Assembly (NCBI GenBank): GCA_030740765.1
Contig: JASLWR010000010.1
Location: 7,819-71,818, forward strand
DNA: 64,000 nt
Reading direction: 5' to 3'
Source: Thermoplasmatota archaeon
Lineage (GTDB): Archaea; Thermoplasmatota; Penumbrarchaeia; JASLWR01
Positions 59,584-64,000 of this stretch are shown one piece after another. Position 1 is the first letter of the stretch. Every line of letters starts with the position of its first letter. The position numbers and the translations under genes are program-made. The notes under the pieces were generated by a model. The model worked only from the letters and a program-made list of their open reading frames with translations, searched no databases and was not told where the DNA came from.

Positions 59584-60132
59584 ATGACAAAACGTTACAG
59601 ATTGTTATCTATGCCGGGGGTAATATTGGGTATTCTTGCAGTTGCAGTCTCATTAATATATTCTTTAATTACATACGATAAGCTGGATATTTATAAACCT
59701 GAACTATATGCCCCGGTCGCAATTGGATTATTTTTTGTAGTAATCGGTGTAATTCTACACTTTGCAGCCAACAAGGCTGAACAAAAGGAACGTGATGAAC
59801 AAAGGAGTTCTCCGGTTAATCTCGAGACTATAATCATCAGTTATGCAATGGTTAATGAGCATCCAAAAAAGAACCTCAAGGATCTCCATTTCTATCTCTT
59901 AAGCGAGGGGATTGCAGAAATTTCTCTGAAGGAATTGAAATTGATGGTGGATAAAGCCATTCTGAACGTAAGGATGGATATTATAAAACCCTCTCTCAAG
60001 GCGAAATTGTTCACCGATAAGGGTGAAATGAGAAAGTACCAATTCGCTTCGGATTTTTGCCCGAAATGCGGCGTGTTCAAGAACTACCACAAGGAATGCA
60101 AGTTCTGCGGGTATCACGAAATGTCTAAATGA
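59584..60132 (+). CDS. Membrane protein with two TM helices and a C-terminal zinc ribbon
   Basis: TM helices (VILGILAVAVSLIYSLI; VAIGLFFVVIGVILHFAA). C-terminal CPKCGVFKNYHKECKFCG. Confidence 0.45.
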   Translation: MTKRYRLLSMPGVILGILAVAVSLIYSLITYDKLDIYKPELYAPVAIGLFFVVIGVILHFAANKAEQKERDEQRSSPVNLETIIISYAMVNEHPKKNLKDLHFYLLSEGIAEISLKELKLMVDKAILNVRMDIIKPSLKAKLFTDKGEMRKYQFASDFCPKCGVFKNYHKECKFCGYHEMSK

Positions 60133-60135
60133 TCG

Positions 60136-60888
60136 TCATACCATTGAGCTGATGTCGATTATCTCTTTCTGTTTTTCGATTATCTTTTTAATTCCCAATG
60201 CGGCCGCGTCGACCATTTCGTTCATCTGTTCTCTGGTAAAGGGATTTCCCTCGGCGGTTCCCTGAACCTCGATGAAGTGCCCCTTGTCGTTCATAACAAC
60301 GTTCATATCCACATCGGCCCTGAAGTCCTTCTCGTAATCTAGATCCAGCTCCACCTTGCCGTCCACGATGCCTACGCTGATGGCTGCGATATGACCTTTT
60401 ATGGGATTCTCGGTGATCAACCTTTCCCCCATCAATTTCTGAACTGCAAGCGCAAGGGCAACGAAACTACCGCTGATGGAAGCAGTTCTAGACCCGCCGT
60501 CGGCCTGGATCACGTCGCAGTCGATCCAGATCGTTCTTTCCCGTAACTTTCTCATATCGATACAGCTTCTCAGTGATCGGCCGATAAGCCTCTGTATCTC
60601 CTTTGTCCTTCCGCTCACGTATGTGCCGGTTTCGCGCTTTTTTCTGTCCTGGGTGCTGCCGGGAAGCATGGAATACTCGGCGCTGAGCCACCCGTTCCCG
60701 CTCCCGTAAATGAACCTAGGCACCCGTTCCTCCACAGTGGCGGTACAAAGCACTTTCGTGTTTCCCACGGATATTAGTACCGATCCTGGGGGATGCAGTA
60801 GATAATTGGGAACGATCTCTATGGGTCTTATTGTTACACCCAACTCCTTTTCTGGGCTTGCTTCTGATGGAATACTATTATCGTCCAT
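60136..60888 (-). CDS. rph: Ribonuclease PH, bacterial type
   Basis: Near-colinear match to the bacterial RNase PH consensus: GNTKVLCTATVEERVPRF…GWLSAEYSMLPGST…GRTKEIQRLIGRSLRSCID…DCDVIQADGGSRTASISGSFVALALAV…NPIKGHIAAISVGIV…DMNVVM…IEVQGTAEGNPF. This is more similar to bacterial Rph than to archaeal exosome Rrp41. Confidence 0.85.
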   Translation of the reverse strand: MDDNSIPSEASPEKELGVTIRPIEIVPNYLLHPPGSVLISVGNTKVLCTATVEERVPRFIYGSGNGWLSAEYSMLPGSTQDRKKRETGTYVSGRTKEIQRLIGRSLRSCIDMRKLRERTIWIDCDVIQADGGSRTASISGSFVALALAVQKLMGERLITENPIKGHIAAISVGIVDGKVELDLDYEKDFRADVDMNVVMNDKGHFIEVQGTAEGNPFTREQMNEMVDAAALGIKKIIEKQKEIIDISSMV

Positions 60889-60992
60889 TGAATCACCTGG
60901 ATACTATGAAAAGAAAAATTACATCTCTCACAGTGAACTGCTATGATTGCTCGTCCATGTTTGAGGGATTGGAATTTCTGAGGCAATATTCA

Positions 60993-61163
60993 TTACTTCT
61001 TTTTAAAAACCATGTATGAACACTTACCGCAAGTCTTTCTGTCTCTATGCTCTGCAAGGAATATTCCTTCGCCACATTTAGGACAGGATTCCTTTTTCCT
61101 TACCACCTTGTTACCCTTCACCTCATAAAGTGTAGGGACCTTCACATTCTTTGTCCTTCCCAT
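60993..61163 (-). CDS. rps27ae: Ribosomal protein S27ae (zinc-ribbon)
   Basis: MGRTKNVKVPTLYEVKGNKVVRKKESCPKCGEGIFLAEHRDRKTCGKCSYMVF. The track ORF has a non-conserved 37-aa N-terminal extension, so I prefer the start at 61163. Confidence 0.8.
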   Translation of the reverse strand: MGRTKNVKVPTLYEVKGNKVVRKKESCPKCGEGIFLAEHRDRKTCGKCSYMVFKKK

Positions 61164-61167
61164 CCTA

Positions 61168-61476
61168 TCACTTCTTTTTCTTCTTGGATCCGCCCGTTGC
61201 CAGCTTGTTCCTTTTAAGAATATGTTTTTTCTCGAAATAGAGGGCATCCTCTTTCGACACATAGACCTTTGCATAGCCCTTGCTCTGGGGAAGCCCGAAC
61301 TCGGCTTTGATGCTATCGATAACTATCTTATCTTTGGATGTACCAATATCTGTTACTAGCTGAGATATAACATCGCTTCTCTTTGGCGTGGCTTCGTTCT
61401 CGTGAGTTATCTTGAACCGAATCTCTCTTCTTTTTAGAAGACGATTCTCTTTTTCTTCCAGTACTTCAATCTCCAT
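61168..61476 (-). CDS. rps24e: Ribosomal protein S24e
   Basis: 102 aa. MEIEVLEEKENRLLKRREIRFKITHENEATP…GYAKVYVSKEDAL is typical S24e. C-terminal K-rich tail. Confidence 0.85.
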   Translation of the reverse strand: MEIEVLEEKENRLLKRREIRFKITHENEATPKRSDVISQLVTDIGTSKDKIVIDSIKAEFGLPQSKGYAKVYVSKEDALYFEKKHILKRNKLATGGSKKKKK

Positions 61477-61993
61477 CTGAATCCTCCATCATTCCAAGGA
61501 AATCTATCATGGTGTTCCTGAGCTCTTTATCGGGATACACCGCAACCATACCCACGTTTGGCTCTCCGTAGAAAAGCACCGCGTTTTCGGGCGCATGGAC
61601 AACCGCTGGCATCAGTAAGAGGTCCTCTTCCCCTTCTACCTCTATCAGCAGAGTTGGATCCAAGGGGAATTTTCCCTCCATTATCTTCTTTACGGTCTCG
61701 TATGCTTCATTGGATATTGTTGCCGGATCGTTAATTATCTTTTTTCTGTTTGGGGTCATGGACCGGATAGTTTTCGCATGCGCGAAATCCTCCCGGCAAG
61801 TTTTGTAGTCCACCACTGCCAGATCCATGCGAATGTCGAATTTTATCAGTGTGTATGTCACCATGTCACCCACGCATATTACTGGATTTCGATCCCGAAT
61901 CGCTTTCTTTAGTGAGGCTCTGGTGGGTTCTCGGATGAGGGTTCCAAACAGTCTTTTGTATTCGTTTCTGAGATTTTCGCTAAGTATGTACAT
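61466..61993 (-). CDS. DUF359 family protein (GTP-dependent dephospho-CoA kinase of archaea)
   Basis: 175 aa. Pattern …NPVICVGDMVT…LAVVDYKT.R…GEPNVGMVAV… typical of DUF359/COG1909. Its position between spt4 and rps24e is conserved across archaea. Confidence 0.7.
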   Translation of the reverse strand: MYILSENLRNEYKRLFGTLIREPTRASLKKAIRDRNPVICVGDMVTYTLIKFDIRMDLAVVDYKTCREDFAHAKTIRSMTPNRKKIINDPATISNEAYETVKKIMEGKFPLDPTLLIEVEGEEDLLLMPAVVHAPENAVLFYGEPNVGMVAVYPDKELRNTMIDFLGMMEDSDGD

Positions 61994-62071
61994 CGTTTCC
62001 GATAGATGATATATTTGAGATAAGGTTTTGTATCTTATTATCGCTTAATTGTATCGGGGAAAACGGTTGAA

Positions 62072-62260
62072 TTATCTCACCTTGAGAGCGAATTTTCCGT
62101 TGAAGTTAATCGCCATCTTTTTTGCTATCCGGGATCGTGTGTGATCGATTATTACGAAGTAACCACTCCAATCCGAGGAAATCTTACCACCGCAATGGGG
62201 ACACTTGTTAAGTTCAGTAAGAGCCTGGCATTCCTTGCATCCTTTTAATATCTCGACCAT
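62072..62260 (-). CDS. spt4: Transcription elongation factor Spt4 (RNA polymerase subunit E'')
   Basis: 62 aa. CKECQALTELNKCPHCGG zinc ribbon followed by WSGYFVIID, diagnostic of Spt4/RpoE2. Confidence 0.8.
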   Translation of the reverse strand: MVEILKGCKECQALTELNKCPHCGGKISSDWSGYFVIIDHTRSRIAKKMAINFNGKFALKVR

Positions 62261-62281
62261 TTGTTATACACCCTGAATAAG

Positions 62282-62902
62282 TTATTTTTTCTTCCCCTTT
62301 CGTTTGGATTTCTTCACTTCCCCCTCCTTCTTTGTACCCTTCTTCGCTTCTTCAAGCTCCTTTCGGGCTTCTTCCAGCCATTCCAATTTTCCCAGACCCG
62401 GCTGTCTCATCGTAAGACCAATTCGGCTTTCGTGTGGATTCCTTTCGTTTATCTTATACGTTACGATCCTTGCCCTTATGAGGTCACCAACCTTGATTTC
62501 CCGCCCTGTTTCCTTTCCTATCAGCCGCTCGTTCATAAGGTCAACATCCACATGGTCATCCATTATCTGGCTGATATGAAGTAACCCTTCGAGGGGGCCG
62601 AATCGTACAAAGGCACCGAATTTCAACACCTCGATAACAACTCCGTGTACTATCTCGTGCCTGGGAGGAGCAAATATAAGGGCACTGTATTCTACCCTCT
62701 GGTAAACGCTACCATCGCCGTGAACAATATGACCCTGTCCGATGGGTAAAACTTCCGAGATCGAAAGTGTGAGATTCCTGAATGAGTCTATAGTACCCTC
62801 GAAAGTGTACTTTGTCAATTCGGTAATAGTACTATCATAATCTTCCTCCAACTTTGCCGGAGGGATCCGAACAGTATCCTGTTTACTGATGATCCGGTAC
62901 AT
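62282..62902 (-). CDS. rpoE: DNA-directed RNA polymerase subunit E' (Rpb7 homolog) with an S1 domain and a K-rich tail
   Basis: The N-terminal Rpb7-like domain starts MYRIISKQDTVRIPP. S1 domain (HGVVIEVLKFGAFVRFGPLEGLLHISQI…). I prefer the start at the Met at 62902. Confidence 0.8.
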   Translation of the reverse strand: MYRIISKQDTVRIPPAKLEEDYDSTITELTKYTFEGTIDSFRNLTLSISEVLPIGQGHIVHGDGSVYQRVEYSALIFAPPRHEIVHGVVIEVLKFGAFVRFGPLEGLLHISQIMDDHVDVDLMNERLIGKETGREIKVGDLIRARIVTYKINERNPHESRIGLTMRQPGLGKLEWLEEARKELEEAKKGTKKEGEVKKSKRKGKKK

Positions 62903-63074
62903 GTGGGACAGACACTCCTGATAAGTGTTAATATATTGTATCCAAAGCAATAAGAGTAGGGAACAATTTTGACGGGTGAGTAACTTTATTATTTATATTA
63001 CTTTGGTCCTTGTTGGCCACATTAATAAGCCTTTTAGTGCGTATGTGGGTCAGGATGAATGGAAAACCAATTCG

Positions 63075-64000
63075 TCAATCCTGTTTGATGCGTTTATGTA
63101 TCCAGCCTACCAATGTGCGTATTATTAGAAATAATGATGTCAATATGACCACTGATATTATAAAGCCGATCATAAGAACAGTGAACATCCCGCTTTCTCT
63201 CTTGTATTCTTTCGGCTCGAAAATGGTTACTTTTATTATTTCTTCCTTTTGAGATAGGCTCTTCTTCTTATTACTGTCCGTATAATTTCCCGTCACTCGT
63301 AGGATAATGTCGTATTCACCTGGTTCCGCCTCCTTACCGATCACAATACGTATATATGAGTTGTCAGCAATGAAGGCAGGAATCTCAAAATAATTTCTTT
63401 CCAGTTCGAAAGATATGTCGGGATCATTCTTATCCTCGGGATCAACCATTACTTCCAATCGATAATTGTCCAAGTGGTTCTCTAAATTCAGGATTGTTGG
63501 TTCTATTTTGTACGTTTGATCCCGTGTCATGGATATGTTGGACGGATGGTATTCCAAAATAAAATTATGAAAAGTTTCCATTTTTGCATGAAAAATCTTC
63601 GATTTCAGGTTAACGTTGCGAACGTTCGAGGGAAGCCAGGCGACACCTGTTACGTTTATTCTAAATTCCTCCTCGGCAGTTGTTACCCTGGGAATCGCAA
63701 CCTGTACACGAAAGTCAACAGATTGGTGGGAGAGACGAGTGAAGTGGATATTGTTCGGATTTATTTCAGTGGTGCATGAAACTCCATAGGCTTCGAGAGT
63801 TATATCGACCGAAGACTCGGCACCCCAATCATCGATTGTGATGTTGGCTTCCATAATAGCGTATCCCCCTTTATCTACATCCTGGAATTCGGCGTAGGCG
63901 AATTTACCCTTTAAATTAATCGAAGCTTGAAATCCCGGACCGGACTGTGCTGTGTGATCGATTTTTAACGTATTATCCGCCCCGGATGGGGTTGTGAAAA
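63075..64000 (-). CDS. Membrane-anchored (C-terminal TM) extracytoplasmic protein, 5'-partial (continues beyond the window end)
   Basis: The reading frame stays open upstream of the ORF-track Met at 63854 all the way to the window edge. C-terminal TM FTVLMIGFIISVVILTSLFLII plus a basic tail. N-glyc sequons. Confidence 0.5.
   Translation of the reverse strand, partial: FTTPSGADNTLKIDHTAQSGPGFQASINLKGKFAYAEFQDVDKGGYAIMEANITIDDWGAESSVDITLEAYGVSCTTEINPNNIHFTRLSHQSVDFRVQVAIPRVTTAEEEFRINVTGVAWLPSNVRNVNLKSKIFHAKMETFHNFILEYHPSNISMTRDQTYKIEPTILNLENHLDNYRLEVMVDPEDKNDPDISFELERNYFEIPAFIADNSYIRIVIGKEAEPGEYDIILRVTGNYTDSNKKKSLSQKEEIIKVTIFEPKEYKRESGMFTVLMIGFIISVVILTSLFLIIRTLVGWIHKRIKQD

Noticed and set aside
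60136-60888. Initially read as archaeal exosome subunit Rrp41.
   Set aside because: Motif-by-motif comparison fits bacterial RNase PH much better, and no exosome partner genes are adjacent. Re-called as rph.
1-64000. CRISPR arrays and rRNA genes.
   Set aside because: I saw no array of short regularly spaced direct repeats with unique spacers and no rRNA-like conserved blocks. The only tandem repeats are the tRNA-adjacent array and the in-gene low-complexity repeats.

Overview
This window reads as a piece of an archaeal chromosome. The evidence is a TATA-binding protein, Spt4, RNA polymerase subunit E', ribosomal proteins S24e and S27ae, a DUF359 GTP-dependent dephospho-CoA kinase, Tsr3, and an isopentenyl phosphate kinase next to IDI-2. 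The overall GC content looks to be around 45-50% by eye, and the organism is most plausibly a wall-less, Thermoplasmatota-like lineage; that placement is inference. The window is densely coding. Identifiable metabolic genes are a K+ channel, IPK+IDI-2, an aspartate racemase, an imidazolonepropionase fused to a Nudix domain, a GlmU-like nucleotidyltransferase, and a three-subunit molybdenum hydroxylase operon. A second, unusually large class is giant N-glycosylation-sequon-rich surface proteins, covering roughly 15 kb of the window. These carry PKD, CARDB, cadherin-like or WD40 domains, a single C-terminal TM helix and a short basic or zinc-ribbon tail. One tRNA-Leu(UAG) lies on the minus strand next to a degenerate tandem array of units that resemble its own 3' end. 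Candidates for new biology: (i) an AAA+ ATPase with a zinc-ribbon insertion paired with a VWA/MIDAS coiled-coil protein. (ii) A four-gene operon made of a KaiC-like ATPase, two alpha-helical proteins and a J-domain/TerB-like protein. (iii) An AT-rich island carrying a multiply disrupted Schlafen/AlbA_2-HATPase_c_4-TPR gene. (iv) A HutI-Nudix fusion. (v) A bacterial-type RNase PH embedded in the archaeal rpoE-spt4-S24e-S27ae cluster. (vi) Recurrent pairing of a TM helix with a cytoplasmic zinc ribbon, including a protein with five zinc ribbons. Several genes look decayed (an LRR protein, a PKD secreted protein, the Schlafen-like gene, a transposase remnant). I found no CRISPR array or rRNA. All calls rest on motif recognition by eye from the supplied translations; none could be checked by database search.
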